Notes: generated by a model from the sequence alone, not told the origin. DNA of 64,000 bases from Candidatus Versatilivorator sp. (GCA_965207735.1 OZ242296.1:1568001-1632000), one strand, 5' to 3'. Positions 19,601 to 29,234 are shown, counted from the stretch's first letter. Program-made: numbers and translations.

Positions 19601-19792
19601 CAGCTGCTCGACCTCTACCGGCGCCATGCCCGAAGCTTCGGTGATGACCGTGACCTGGTTGTTGGTGAGGTCGGGAAAAGCGTCGATGGGAATTCGGTAA
19701 AGAGCGCTGAGGCCGGCCGCGACAAGCACCGCCAAACCCAACAGGACAACCCCGGGGTGATCGAGGTGGTAGTCGATGATGCGCCTGAGCAT
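16700..19792 (-). CDS. czcA: CusA/CzcA family heavy-metal efflux RND permease
   Basis: PIDAFPDLTN, ANLMSLGAVDFG, EFMPRLDEG, RLRPVLMT, EVQRPLATVVIGG; 1030 aa. Confidence 0.93.
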   Translation of the reverse strand: MLRRIIDYHLDHPGVVLLGLAVLVAAGLSALYRIPIDAFPDLTNNQVTVITEASGMAPVEVEQLVTFPIESSMMGLPDTEEVRSISKLGLSMVTIVFADSVDNYFARQLVNERLNQARDRIPAGLEPALGPLATPFGEVYQYTLEGEGYSAMELKTLHDWEISYQLQAVPGVVGINTWGGHTRQYEIEVDPYRLHVHGLTLRDVFERVRDNNDNFGGGFVEHASEQYTVRGLGRVESERDLRTIVLAAHQGTAVYLRDVAEVKVGKMPRQGAVTRDGEGETVSGMVIMLKGQNSKTVIERVKQALGGIGRSLPEGVRIVPFYDQSVVIDGTIRTVRYNLLQGGALVVAILFLFLGNLRASLIVAAVIPLSMLAAFLIMRWFGVTANLMSLGAVDFGVIVNGSVIMVENYVRRLNARPDPYLPLAGAANLGLVRSAAHQVSRPILMGVGIIIAVYVPILSLQGLEGRMYRPMAVTVCAALLGSLVLALAAVPAASRLLLGRTAGKSREPYMDRARQVYGRIVDRALDHRVLVVTAGSLLVAAALGSLRFIGTEFMPRLDEGSVLVQVLRLPSVSLSESVDIGLEVERTLLEFPEVTGVVSKLGRPDLATEAMGIYESDVYVNLKPREQWSTADTKEGLTQAFSAELSTIPGVVYNFTQPMAMRLDETISGVRADVAVKIFGPHEQTLDRSADQVLRVLGQVRGAADVQKQVFSGAAEWQVVVDREELARYGLNVSDVRDVVQAAVGGKPVTEVIDGRRRFQIAVRLPESYRRDRDALGSILLSAPAGEQVSLGRVAEIRRSSGPEVVHREDSQRRIVVQCNVRGRDVGGFVAEAQGRIQAAVDLPAGYYMSWGGQFENQQRAMQRLSLVLPAVLLVIFVLLYLTFQSARQSLLVLLIVPFASVGGIAALWMRGMNLNVSASIGFIAVFGVAVLDGLVMVSTNNSLLEKGRSIREAVVEGAVTRLRPVLMTSVLASVGFLPMATATSIGAEVQRPLATVVIGGLISSTILTLLLLPALYSWFLPGNRVSGQG

Positions 19793-19835
19793 GTGGCTGA
19801 TTCCGGCGGGCTCCGCGACCCGACCGCCGCGGTGG

Positions 19836-21113
19836 CTATTCTTCGATCATTTGAGCTTTCAGCAGCTCGGACTTGAGGTGAAAGGCGCCGGTGACCGCCA
19901 GCTTCTCACCCGCCTGCAGCCCGCTCACGATTTCGATACCGGACTTGGACCGTCGGCCGACCCGGATCCGGCGGGCTCGAAAGGAATGCTCTCCCTCCGA
20001 CACGAACAGGACATCTCTCCCTTCCACGTTTTGCAGCGCCGCAAGCGGCGCCACCACCGCTTCCCTGCTGCCGCCGGCGCGTATGGTGAGGGTCGCCAAC
20101 ATCTCTGCCTTGAGCTGCCGTCCGGGATTTCTCAACTCGCAGCGTACCTCGACGGTTCGCGTCTCCGGCTCGAGCGCGTCACTGATGTAGCTGATGCGAG
20201 CCGGGAAAATCTTGCCCGGATAAGCCCGCACCGACACCTCCACATCCAGTCCCTTCCGCAGCGATGAGAGATGCTGTTCCGGGACCTGAGCGATGACCCA
20301 CAGGCTCCGCAAGTCGCTGATGACGTATAGCGAATCCGACGGCGTTACCACGGCGCCCGGACTGACCATTCGCTGAATGACGGTGCCCGTGACCGGGGAA
20401 CGCACCTCGATCAAGTGGGCCTCTTCATGGGCGCCCCGGCCCTCGACGGCGTGCTCATCGGCCGCGCCGGGCAGTCGCTCGGGGGGGAGCCCCAAGTAGC
20501 GAAGGTGGTTTTCGGCGCGCTCTATTCCGGCCTTGGCAACCTCTAGAAACATCTCGGCGCTGCGAAACTCGGCCTCGGCCTCCTGCACCTTCTGCAGGGA
20601 GCCGGCCTTCAACTCATGAAGGCGGGAAGCCCTCTGGTAAAATTTCTCAGCGAACCGAAGCTCCGTCTGCCGTCGTTCCAACTCGGCCCTGGCTTCCCAG
20701 TAGGAGGATTCAGCATCATGGATCTCGTGGCTGTGGAGGCGGGCCAGCACCTGTCCTTTTTGGACGTCGCTGCCCACCGACTCGCAACAGCCGACAACGA
20801 TGCCCTCGGTAAACGAGCCCACGCGCGCGGTGGCGTTCTGGTTGACCGTGACTCGCCCCGACACCTCCAGGTCCTCTTCGACGCTTCTGATTTCGGCCTC
20901 TCCAAGTCTGATGTCGGCGATTCGCATCGCCTTCCGGTCGAGACGAATCAAGTCGGGGTCGGAAGCTGCCTGAGCCTCGACTTTCTCCGTTATGGATGCC
21001 GGTTGGGAGCAACCACCCAGCGCGATCATCAGAATCGCGGGCGCCGCCTCCTGGAGTACTCGCCGGATTGCAGGTTCCGGGGATCGCATCCTTGCTGGTG
21101 TCCACTGAAACAC
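19836..21113 (-). CDS. RND periplasmic adaptor (CzcB-like membrane fusion protein)
   Basis: Lipoyl-like halves, VRSPVTGTV, PETRTVEVR, GLQAGEKLAVTGAFHLKSEL; between czcC-like gene and czcA; start uncertain. Confidence 0.9.
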   Translation of the reverse strand: MFQWTPARMRSPEPAIRRVLQEAAPAILMIALGGCSQPASITEKVEAQAASDPDLIRLDRKAMRIADIRLGEAEIRSVEEDLEVSGRVTVNQNATARVGSFTEGIVVGCCESVGSDVQKGQVLARLHSHEIHDAESSYWEARAELERRQTELRFAEKFYQRASRLHELKAGSLQKVQEAEAEFRSAEMFLEVAKAGIERAENHLRYLGLPPERLPGAADEHAVEGRGAHEEAHLIEVRSPVTGTVIQRMVSPGAVVTPSDSLYVISDLRSLWVIAQVPEQHLSSLRKGLDVEVSVRAYPGKIFPARISYISDALEPETRTVEVRCELRNPGRQLKAEMLATLTIRAGGSREAVVAPLAALQNVEGRDVLFVSEGEHSFRARRIRVGRRSKSGIEIVSGLQAGEKLAVTGAFHLKSELLKAQMIEE

Positions 21114-21115
21114 CG

Positions 21116-22444
21116 TTACTTGACCCTAGCGCCAAAACGCGCTGCTGCTGTTTGTGTCCCCTCCGAGGATAAAGGCGGAATCGATGTTCCCGTGACGGTC
21201 TCCAGATCCAACCAACTCAATCGGTGGTCGAACACCGCCTGCGAGTGGAACAGGGCGATCTCGTCCCGGGCGCGCTGGGCGTCAAGCACCTCCAGCAATT
21301 CGACCCCACCTTCCTGGTAAGCCGCATGTGCGATCCGATAAGTCTCCCGCGCGCGATCGAGCACACCGGTCTCCATCAAACGCAATAACTCCCGGCTTCG
21401 CCGTACCGCCAGCACCGCGGCGGCCACCTCCGCGCCGATGCGCGCTTCCACTGCCCGCAGGGCTGCCTCCCGACGGCGGACCTCGGCCAGTGCCTCCTCG
21501 ATCTTACCCGAGTTCTTGTCTCGAACCGGCAATGAGATCGAAAACCCGCCCATGAGAGTGTTGAACCCGGCCGTACGCTTGTAGCCAAGAAAAGGTCTCA
21601 CATCGGGCCGAGCCAGCGACCGTTGCAAGGCCAGCTCCGCACGGGCGTGCTCCAGACGAGCCCGACCGATCAGGATCTCCTGTCGTTGGATCAAGGCAGC
21701 CTCCAACACCCTCGAAGTGGCCTCGGGGGCGTCCGAGCCCCGGTTGACCGGCCGCCCCTTCGTCTGCCGCACTTCAAAGTCCGTGTTCAAGTCCGGGATC
21801 CCCATTGCCTCCAGCAAGGCAATCTTCCTGCGACTCACGTCCATCTCGGCACCGGAGATGACCAGTTCAGCCCGCCCGGCTTCGACTCGAACTTTGATCA
21901 GGTCCACCTCAGCCATGGAGCCCAGCCGTACCTGCACCTGGTGGTAGTCTTCCAGGCGTTTCAGGGTGTCACGGCTGCGCGCCAGCATTTCTACGTTGTT
22001 CACCGCGGCCAGGACTTCCCAGTAAGCCCTCTTGACCCTCTGCCGAATCCTCCAGGCGACCCGTTGGCCTGTGTGCTCGGCGATGCGTTCGTCGGCCTCG
22101 GCGAGCTGGACGCGCCGACTTCGCTTGCCCGCCGTTTCGACGGGAACGCCGACCCAGGCAAACACATCCAGGCTGCGTGAGGCCGAAAAACCCGGGGTGC
22201 CGTGGAAACGCCAGTTCTCCGTTTGAAAGGAAAACACCGGGTTTGGCTTCATCCCGGCCTGGCGTGTCGAGCCGGCTCGCGCTTCGATGGCCGCCTGGGC
22301 AGCCTCCAGGTCGCCGTGGCGCGAGAGCGCGATCTCAATGGCCTGGTCGAGGTCGAGAGTTTTGGGGAGCTGCTGACCCCGCAGGCTGAGTGTCAGACCT
22401 GCGCAGGCGAGAAGCGTGCTCGCTATAAGGTTCTTCAGATTCAT
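21116..22444 (-). CDS. TolC family outer membrane efflux protein (CzcC-like)
   Basis: Signal peptide, PNPVFS, ETAGKR..R, AYQEGGVELLEVLDAQR. Confidence 0.9.
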   Translation of the reverse strand: MNLKNLIASTLLACAGLTLSLRGQQLPKTLDLDQAIEIALSRHGDLEAAQAAIEARAGSTRQAGMKPNPVFSFQTENWRFHGTPGFSASRSLDVFAWVGVPVETAGKRSRRVQLAEADERIAEHTGQRVAWRIRQRVKRAYWEVLAAVNNVEMLARSRDTLKRLEDYHQVQVRLGSMAEVDLIKVRVEAGRAELVISGAEMDVSRRKIALLEAMGIPDLNTDFEVRQTKGRPVNRGSDAPEATSRVLEAALIQRQEILIGRARLEHARAELALQRSLARPDVRPFLGYKRTAGFNTLMGGFSISLPVRDKNSGKIEEALAEVRRREAALRAVEARIGAEVAAAVLAVRRSRELLRLMETGVLDRARETYRIAHAAYQEGGVELLEVLDAQRARDEIALFHSQAVFDHRLSWLDLETVTGTSIPPLSSEGTQTAAARFGARVK

Positions 22445-22674
22445 CGCCGTTTCCGTTCTGTTTGCTGGCGTAGCCCGTTTGGCCCGTTATGTTTCGCCGA
22501 GGTCGACGGTGTGGGTGGTCAGCGTGAAGGCTACATTTGGGCTGCCAACGAGGAGAGATGGGGGACAGATGCCAATAGGTCAGTCTAGCATCGATCATCC
22601 CACCGGGCCAGAGTGGCCTGACCCGATGCCTGACGCGAGCGCGGACGCCAAATTTGCGAGGAATGAAATGGGGG

Positions 22675-24450
22675 CTACCGATAATCCACTTGCAGTTCCA
22701 GCTTCTCGAGGAACAGAGGGTCCGAGGCTTGAGGCGACCGGCCGGTCACCCGAACTCCCACCAGGTTGGTTCCCGTGGCGAACAGATCGGGATCCAATCC
22801 CGGAAACACCAGCCAACCGTCCTCCTCAACCGGTTCCTCCAGCAGCAGGTTGTTGATCCTCACCTCGATCCGTTTCCGGATGTCCTCCAGCGGTGAACTG
22901 TTGTAGAGGTGGTTGATACGCTTGAAGAGGGCGATCAAGGCTCTGGGGATCCGATTCGGCCCCGGTGGGTCGGGCTTTACCGAGGTGTTCATCTTCTCGA
23001 TATGGAGTCCGGCCGCGGCGTCGTGGAGAATGAGCCGCAGACTGATGTCCCGAATGTTTCGAGATTCCTGCCCCAACGGATCGGCCACCCAGAGCTTCAA
23101 GAGGGTGTCGGCCTTCCCCTGGTCGTCCAACGCGGCCGGCAGTTGGGCCAACATGTTGGTATTGAGAAAGAAGCGAGGGGTCTCCCATCCGACTGTCCCG
23201 GGCGCACCGCTCCCTCCACCGCCGCGGCGCTGCACCACGAAGGTCTTGTCCTTGCGGCGGAGCCTCTCCGGATCGCCAATCTCCCGGTAGAGGCGCCGGT
23301 GCACCGGGGCCATCCTGAAATCGTGCAGCAGCGCGCCGATGCGGTCCGCGTCCTCCTTCATGGCATAGGTCCAGTTGAAGCAGTAGATCCCGTCCACCCC
23401 CTGCTGCCACCAGTTGGCGAACACCCCGCGCAGCACCTCGATGGGGGGCCAGTCGTAGCCGTCGGAGGTATGGTGCTCGTCCGATCCCCCCAGCAGCTTG
23501 ATGGGGGTTCCGGCGGTAATGCGGCGATAGGCCGCCACGTCGCCCTCGAAGGAGCGGCAGCCCAGCACAATGATGTCGAGCAACTGCCGGCTGGTCCAGG
23601 TCTCGATATCGATGCCGTCGATGCGGCAGCCTTCGATGCTGGCCGGCAGCCGGGCTGCCAGCAGGATGGGGCGGCCCCGCTGCTTGGCCGCCTCCAGGGT
23701 CAGGCGCCGGACCTTGCTCATGAAGTCTGTCAGATGGTGGCGGTGTTTCCACTGCTGGCCCAGGGGAAGCGTAATCGGACCTCGGGCAAAATCGATCTCG
23801 ATCCCGTCGAAATCGTAGTTTTCAACCACCTCGCGAAGAATGCTCAACTTGTAGTCGCGGATCTCCTGGTTGCGAAAATCCCAGAAAATCTTGCGGTCCG
23901 GAGCCCAGGGCCCGGCCAGCAACCACTCTGGGTGACGTTGCTTCATCGGAATCTCGCGGGTCACGACCAGATCGTTGTCCGAGCCGTTGACCCGGTAGGA
24001 GTAGAAGGCCTCCAGACCCCGCTCCTTGGTCGCCTCCAGGAAGATTCGCATGATGTCGACGCCCTCCTCCACCCACTTCCGGTAGCCCTCCTGGTCGTAG
24101 AGGGGCATCACCTTGCTGGGATAGGGAGACTGGTGGCCTTCGCCCCAGTTCCACCAGATGCTGTCGATCTGGCTCTCCGGGTCGTCGGCAAAGGTCAAGC
24201 TGAGCTTCACCAGGTCGCTAGGAGCGATGTCAGTGAAATTGAGGTCCCCGTGGATGGCGTCAAAATTGACCACTACCCGCCGGCGCCGCTCGATCTGGGC
24301 CAGGTGTTGGGGGGAGAGGACGAATCTTTCGCCCTCGACAACGGTGGCCTCTTCGCCTGCACATCCCGCCGCCACTGAAAAAAGCACCGCCAATACGACC
24401 GCGGCCACGGCACCTCCGGGTCTCACTCCGGTCTGTCTGTTCATGGGCAT
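22675..24450 (-). CDS. Secreted GHL10-like TIM-barrel protein (probable lipoprotein), paralog A
   Basis: VAAGC lipobox-like; YDFDGIEIDFARGP, WQQGVDGIYCFNW; GGAG SD before 24450. Confidence 0.65.
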   Translation of the reverse strand: MPMNRQTGVRPGGAVAAVVLAVLFSVAAGCAGEEATVVEGERFVLSPQHLAQIERRRRVVVNFDAIHGDLNFTDIAPSDLVKLSLTFADDPESQIDSIWWNWGEGHQSPYPSKVMPLYDQEGYRKWVEEGVDIMRIFLEATKERGLEAFYSYRVNGSDNDLVVTREIPMKQRHPEWLLAGPWAPDRKIFWDFRNQEIRDYKLSILREVVENYDFDGIEIDFARGPITLPLGQQWKHRHHLTDFMSKVRRLTLEAAKQRGRPILLAARLPASIEGCRIDGIDIETWTSRQLLDIIVLGCRSFEGDVAAYRRITAGTPIKLLGGSDEHHTSDGYDWPPIEVLRGVFANWWQQGVDGIYCFNWTYAMKEDADRIGALLHDFRMAPVHRRLYREIGDPERLRRKDKTFVVQRRGGGGSGAPGTVGWETPRFFLNTNMLAQLPAALDDQGKADTLLKLWVADPLGQESRNIRDISLRLILHDAAAGLHIEKMNTSVKPDPPGPNRIPRALIALFKRINHLYNSSPLEDIRKRIEVRINNLLLEEPVEEDGWLVFPGLDPDLFATGTNLVGVRVTGRSPQASDPLFLEKLELQVDYR

Positions 24451-24636
24451 GGCTCCAAAAGGCGGCCGAATCACCCTCGAAAAACTCGCGGCGCCACTTG
24501 AATGGATTACTTACATCGATGGACAGGACATACGGGATTGCCTTCGCCAGTCCGGCATCCTGTAGTCCCGGGCATCATTTGAATGAGTGACCGACCTCGG
24601 ACAACATAATGTGCAGGATTCAATCATGTGCAGGAT

Positions 24637-25581
24637 TCAATCGCCGGCCGCTGGAGGGGCATGACCCTGCCGTTTGAAACCGTGTTTTTTCAAAAACTCG
24701 CGGGTGGAGACATGAATTCTGAGGATCTCCTCTCGGCTGAACCCCCCGTGCTTTCCCCCGGGAATGGTCACCAGCTGGTTGGGGACCCCGGACTCATCCA
24801 ATGCCCGGTGCAGGCGAAGGGCGTGTTCGTAGGGGACCACGGTATCGGCATCGCCGTGGATGGTCAATACCGGCGGCAGTCCCGGCCGGACGTAGTTCAG
24901 GGGCGAAACCCGCTTCGCGATTTCATGCCGGTCGCCCTGGCTGCCCAGCCAGGTCACGGCGTAGGACTGCATGTTCTTGCCTTCCAGCAGGTCGTCGACA
25001 TCGGTGATCCCGAACCAGTTCACGATGGCGGCCGCCTTGAGATTGTCCTCGCCCAGGCAGCGCCGGTCGAGGCTAGAGGAGGCGGGCAGCATCCCGGTGA
25101 TCAGGGAGAGATGGCCGCCGGCCGACCTTCCGGTGAGCACGATCTTGTCGGTATCGAAGTTGTATCTGTCGGCGTTCTCGATGACCCAGCGCAAGGCGCA
25201 GCGGCAATCCTCGACGGCGCCCGGAGCCAGCGACACCCTGGCCAGGCGGTACCCCACGTTGACTACGGCCCAGCCCATTTCCAGGTAGGGCAGGAAATAG
25301 AGCGGGCGCACATTCTTGTTGCCTCCGACCCAACCGCCGCCGTGAATGTAGACCACCGTGGGCGTCGGCGAAGCGGCCTGCCTCGGGCGGTAGATATCCA
25401 GTTTGGCCTCCCAGTTGTTGGCCACGAGGTAGGTGACGTCGGCCGTGACGCTGTACGAACTGAACAGGGTGGCCGCCCAGGCTTCCCTGTCCGAGATCTT
25501 GTCCCCGCCCCGAGCCTGCGGAGCAATCGCCAACAGAATCACCAGCACCAACACGCTCTTTAACCGATTGGACTTAGACAT
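24637..25581 (-). CDS. Secreted alpha/beta hydrolase (HSL/BD-FAE-like esterase)
   Basis: IHGGGW, GRSAGGHL nucleophile elbow, HGDADTVVP, GGKHG. Confidence 0.9.
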   Translation of the reverse strand: MSKSNRLKSVLVLVILLAIAPQARGGDKISDREAWAATLFSSYSVTADVTYLVANNWEAKLDIYRPRQAASPTPTVVYIHGGGWVGGNKNVRPLYFLPYLEMGWAVVNVGYRLARVSLAPGAVEDCRCALRWVIENADRYNFDTDKIVLTGRSAGGHLSLITGMLPASSSLDRRCLGEDNLKAAAIVNWFGITDVDDLLEGKNMQSYAVTWLGSQGDRHEIAKRVSPLNYVRPGLPPVLTIHGDADTVVPYEHALRLHRALDESGVPNQLVTIPGGKHGGFSREEILRIHVSTREFLKKHGFKRQGHAPPAAGD

Positions 25582-25644
25582 CTCTCTTGCCTCCTCGGGG
25601 ACCGCCGCTAGAATTCCTGCCGCCTCATCCACTTCCGCCGCCCT

Positions 25645-26661
25645 TCAGGACAACAGGTTCCAGATGCGGGCCGCATTCAGGCCCAGGATTTTCTCCACAT
25701 CTTCCGGACTCAGAAAAGTCATTTCCTCCCGAACCAGGGCCAGCTCCTTGGCCAGGGTGGGCCGCTCATAGTGGGCCCGGGCGGCGCCGGGGTACCCCGT
25801 CCCCCACAGAAGCTGGTCGGCTCCGAACTCCTCGTAGACCCTCTTCACCCAGGAGTAGGCTTCCCGGAACGGATACTGGGCTTCGGAAACCGAGGTGAGT
25901 TCGGAGACCTTGACCCAGACGTTGGGGTACTTGGAGAAGGCCAGCAGTTTCTTGAACTCGGGAGTGGGATCTTCCACGGTCAGATCGATCTGGGAGAGAT
26001 GATCGATACAGACCTTCACTTCCGGATGGCGGCGCACCATCTCTTCCAGTTTGGGAAGCTGTCGAGTGGAAATAAAGAAGTTGAAGACCGCACCCAGTTC
26101 GGCGGCCTTGTTCCAAAGCCTGTCCGTATCGAGGTGGTTGAGCCATCCGTCTCCCCCCTTGGCTCCGTCGAGGTAGTAGATAGGGCTGAAACGCATTCCC
26201 GAGAAGCCATGCTCCTTGACCCAATACTCGAGCCGGTCTGCCACGCCGGGATCGGTGGGGTCGATGAGCCCATGGGCCCGAAGGCGGTCCGGGTGTGCCT
26301 TGAGGCCGTCCGCCACGTAGGAGTTATCCCAGCCGTGGTAGATCACCTGCACCAGGATGCTGTGAGTCACGCCGTTGCGGTCCATGTCCTCGATGAGCAT
26401 CTCGGTGGTGCCTTCGGCGGGAATGTCGGCGTATTCAAAGTCGGGAATGTAGGGGTGCGGAAAGGGATAGCGGACAGGATCGTTTGCCCAGACGTGCATG
26501 TGGGTGTCGACGACCGGGAGCCGCGCAGGAGCCGGCCCCTCCTCGGAACGGCATCCCGCAGCCAGCATCGCACCGGCCCAACCCAGCGCTGCCGCACAGC
26601 GCCCGGTGGATTCCAGAAACTCGCGCCTGTTGACCGGTTGCATCGGATCGCCGTTGCTCAT
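25645..26661 (-). CDS. Tat-exported amidohydrolase (Amidohydro_2 family)
   Basis: NRREFL leader, VDTHMHVW, IDHL, LLWGTGYP. Confidence 0.87.
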   Translation of the reverse strand: MSNGDPMQPVNRREFLESTGRCAAALGWAGAMLAAGCRSEEGPAPARLPVVDTHMHVWANDPVRYPFPHPYIPDFEYADIPAEGTTEMLIEDMDRNGVTHSILVQVIYHGWDNSYVADGLKAHPDRLRAHGLIDPTDPGVADRLEYWVKEHGFSGMRFSPIYYLDGAKGGDGWLNHLDTDRLWNKAAELGAVFNFFISTRQLPKLEEMVRRHPEVKVCIDHLSQIDLTVEDPTPEFKKLLAFSKYPNVWVKVSELTSVSEAQYPFREAYSWVKRVYEEFGADQLLWGTGYPGAARAHYERPTLAKELALVREEMTFLSPEDVEKILGLNAARIWNLLS

Positions 26662-26713
26662 TTCCCCTCCCGAGCCTGACCCGGTTGACAATCCCCGGCC
26701 GGCTTCACCCAGG

Positions 26714-28549
26714 CTACCGAACGACTCCGGCCGGCCCGTCCGCGGCCGCCTGCCGGCGCGGCAGATAGTCGACCCTGACCTCGAGTTTCTCCACCGTCAT
26801 GGCCGGGTCGTCGGCCTTGCGCCCCTTCGCCAGTATGCCGATCAGGTTCTCTCCCACCGCGAACAGATCGGGGTCGGCCCGGTAGATCACCCACCCTTCC
26901 TTCGCCATGCCCTTGTCCAGAAGCGCCCCGTTTACCCGCACTTCCAGTCCGGCTTCGATTCCCCGCCTGGGGGGCGAGGTATACAACTGGGGGTTGTCCC
27001 AGAAAGGATTGATCGACGCCCTGTCGATGGTCTGTTCAGCCGGCAGCCCACGGGTCGCCGAGTCCGAAAGCAGCAACGCCAGGGCCAGATCCCCGATCTG
27101 TGCGGCGTGATCGGCGACGCGGTCCCCGACCCGCAGCTGAATCAGGGTGTCCACCTTCCCGGAATTGTCCAGCCGGGCCGGCAACTGGGCCAGCATGTTG
27201 GTGTTCTGGTATGCGGAACGGGGCGTACGCCACTCGTGCACGTCGGGCCCCCCGGAGCCGCCCCCGCCTCTGCGTTGCACCACGAAGGTCTTGTCCAGGT
27301 ATCGAAGAGTTTCGGGGCTGCCCAGTTCCTTGTAGGCCTGCTGGTTGACCTGGACCCGATCGGAATCGTCGAAGTAGGCCTGGTGGACGAACATCCCGGT
27401 CCTTTCCCTGACTTCCGGCGAGGCGACGGCCCAGTTGAAGGCCTGCAGGCCGTCGATGCCCTGCTGCCACCAGTTGGCCGCCACACCCCGCTGGACCTCG
27501 ATGGGCGGCCAGGAGTAGCCGTCGGTGCAGTGATGATCGTCCAGAGTGGCGTAGACCTTGATCGGCTTGTTCCCTATCAGGTGACGGAAACGCTCGATCT
27601 CGAGCTCATAGGACCGCACTCCCAGTACCAGGATATCCACCAGGTTGTCTCGAACCCAAGTCTCCACGTCCAGGCCGTCGAATTGGCAGCCGACCAGGGT
27701 GTCGGGGATCCGGGTCGCCACCAGGAAGGGGCGCCCGCGCCGCTTCTCCACCTTCAGGGTAACGGCTCTCAGATCGCGGAGGAACTGGCTCACTGCCCGC
27801 CGGTTGGCCCACATCCGGCCGGCAGGCAGGTTGTTGGGTCCGCGGGCGAAATCCACCTCCAGTCCGTCGAAGTCATAGTCCTCGGCCAATTCCCGCAGGA
27901 CGCTCAGCTTTCGAGCCCGCACCTCCGGAATGGCGAAATTCCACTTGGCGTTACCCCACTCGTCCTTCACCACCCAGTCGGGGTGAGCCTCGGCAAACTC
28001 CTTGCCGAACTCGGTGTGGCTGGTGCCGTCGCTGATCCGGTAGGAATAGAAACTCTCGATCCCCCGCTTCTTGGTTTCCTCCAGGTACACCTTGGCGATG
28101 TTGATCCCTTCCTTCTCCCACCGATAGATGGTCTCCACGTTGCCGCCCATGTAGTAGCCCTGGGCCAGGGCGCTGTCCCGGGCGGTCATGGGCCGGGCCT
28201 TCATGGGAAACAACTGGTCCAGGCACCACCACTGCCCGTCAATCTGGCTGCCAGGCTCATCGGTGAATCCCAGTTCGTAGGTCATCAGATTGTCGATGCT
28301 GACCTGTCGCTGAATGGCCGCCAGCAGGCCGTCGGCCGGATGGTTGACCACGATTCTCCGCTTGGCCTTGACCGCGGCAATGTGCTCGGGAGACAGCTTG
28401 AACTCCCGGTCGGCCGCTCTGTGGCTCTGGGAGGAAACCAGAGCCAGTCCGGCAAGCAGCCCGGCCGCGGTCAGCGCACCCAGGACCCGGTGGCCCTTGG
28501 CTGCCGGGCGGCGCTGGTCTCCGACAGCATGAGTCCGTTTCTTGATCAT
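26714..28549 (-). CDS. Secreted GHL10-like TIM-barrel protein, paralog B
   Basis: YDFDGLEVDFARGP, WQQGIDGLQAFNW; clear homology to 22675-24450. Confidence 0.65.
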   Translation of the reverse strand: MIKKRTHAVGDQRRPAAKGHRVLGALTAAGLLAGLALVSSQSHRAADREFKLSPEHIAAVKAKRRIVVNHPADGLLAAIQRQVSIDNLMTYELGFTDEPGSQIDGQWWCLDQLFPMKARPMTARDSALAQGYYMGGNVETIYRWEKEGINIAKVYLEETKKRGIESFYSYRISDGTSHTEFGKEFAEAHPDWVVKDEWGNAKWNFAIPEVRARKLSVLRELAEDYDFDGLEVDFARGPNNLPAGRMWANRRAVSQFLRDLRAVTLKVEKRRGRPFLVATRIPDTLVGCQFDGLDVETWVRDNLVDILVLGVRSYELEIERFRHLIGNKPIKVYATLDDHHCTDGYSWPPIEVQRGVAANWWQQGIDGLQAFNWAVASPEVRERTGMFVHQAYFDDSDRVQVNQQAYKELGSPETLRYLDKTFVVQRRGGGGSGGPDVHEWRTPRSAYQNTNMLAQLPARLDNSGKVDTLIQLRVGDRVADHAAQIGDLALALLLSDSATRGLPAEQTIDRASINPFWDNPQLYTSPPRRGIEAGLEVRVNGALLDKGMAKEGWVIYRADPDLFAVGENLIGILAKGRKADDPAMTVEKLEVRVDYLPRRQAAADGPAGVVR

Positions 28550-28719
28550 GGCAATAAACCTCCCATCCCTCTACAAGTCACAAATAACTCCTACCCCTTT
28601 CGAGGATCTGTCCCAACCCCTCTTGCGCTCCTACAAGATCGTTACGCATCAACGATCCAAGAGCCGCGTCCCGGCCGTGAGGGACCGCATGCCGAATAAC
28701 GCGACCTAAGCGCGATGCC

Positions 28720-29166
28720 CTACTTCCGTCGCGAGTCCCGATACAGCTGAATATAGTCTTCGACCGGGGTTGCGGCGATGGTTTCGCCGATGACCTCCAG
28801 GGGCAGGTCCTCCAGCCTTTTGAAGCGCACGCAGGACTTGCCCATATCCAGTTTTTTGCCGCTGGCCCTGAACTTTTCTTCAAACCCTGCTCTGGTTCCC
28901 TGGTGGCTGTAGACGCACATCAGGTAGAGCCCCATATGGTGCTTCTGCGAAGCCAGACCGGCAAACATCAGCGGCTGCTTGTTGTAGGTGTCGGGACAGC
29001 GCGCCAGCGGAACTTCGTAGCAGATCATGCCCCAGTTCATGGTCTCGACGTAGCCCGGCGGCAGATGGTCCAGTATCACCCGTCGCACGGCCCTCAGGGC
29101 GTCGGCACGCTCCTCGGAAAGCTCCTGCAGGTACTCTTCAACGGTGGCGGCGCTGCTTCTTGCCAT
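28720..29166 (-). CDS. DUF1801 (YdhG-like) domain protein
   Basis: TVEEYL, WGMICYEVP, LASQKHHMGLYL, LDMGKSCVRFK. Confidence 0.88.
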   Translation of the reverse strand: MARSSAATVEEYLQELSEERADALRAVRRVILDHLPPGYVETMNWGMICYEVPLARCPDTYNKQPLMFAGLASQKHHMGLYLMCVYSHQGTRAGFEEKFRASGKKLDMGKSCVRFKRLEDLPLEVIGETIAATPVEDYIQLYRDSRRK

Positions 29167-29234
29167 GAATGCACCCTCTCAGGACCAACATTCCCCTGTA
29201 GCGGCAACTCCGCACCCTACACCCGGGCAAGCTA

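Noticed and set aside
22445-22674. NiCo riboswitch or metal operator upstream of czcC
   Set aside because: Small hairpins are present but I could not match the conserved NiCo core; needs an Infernal search
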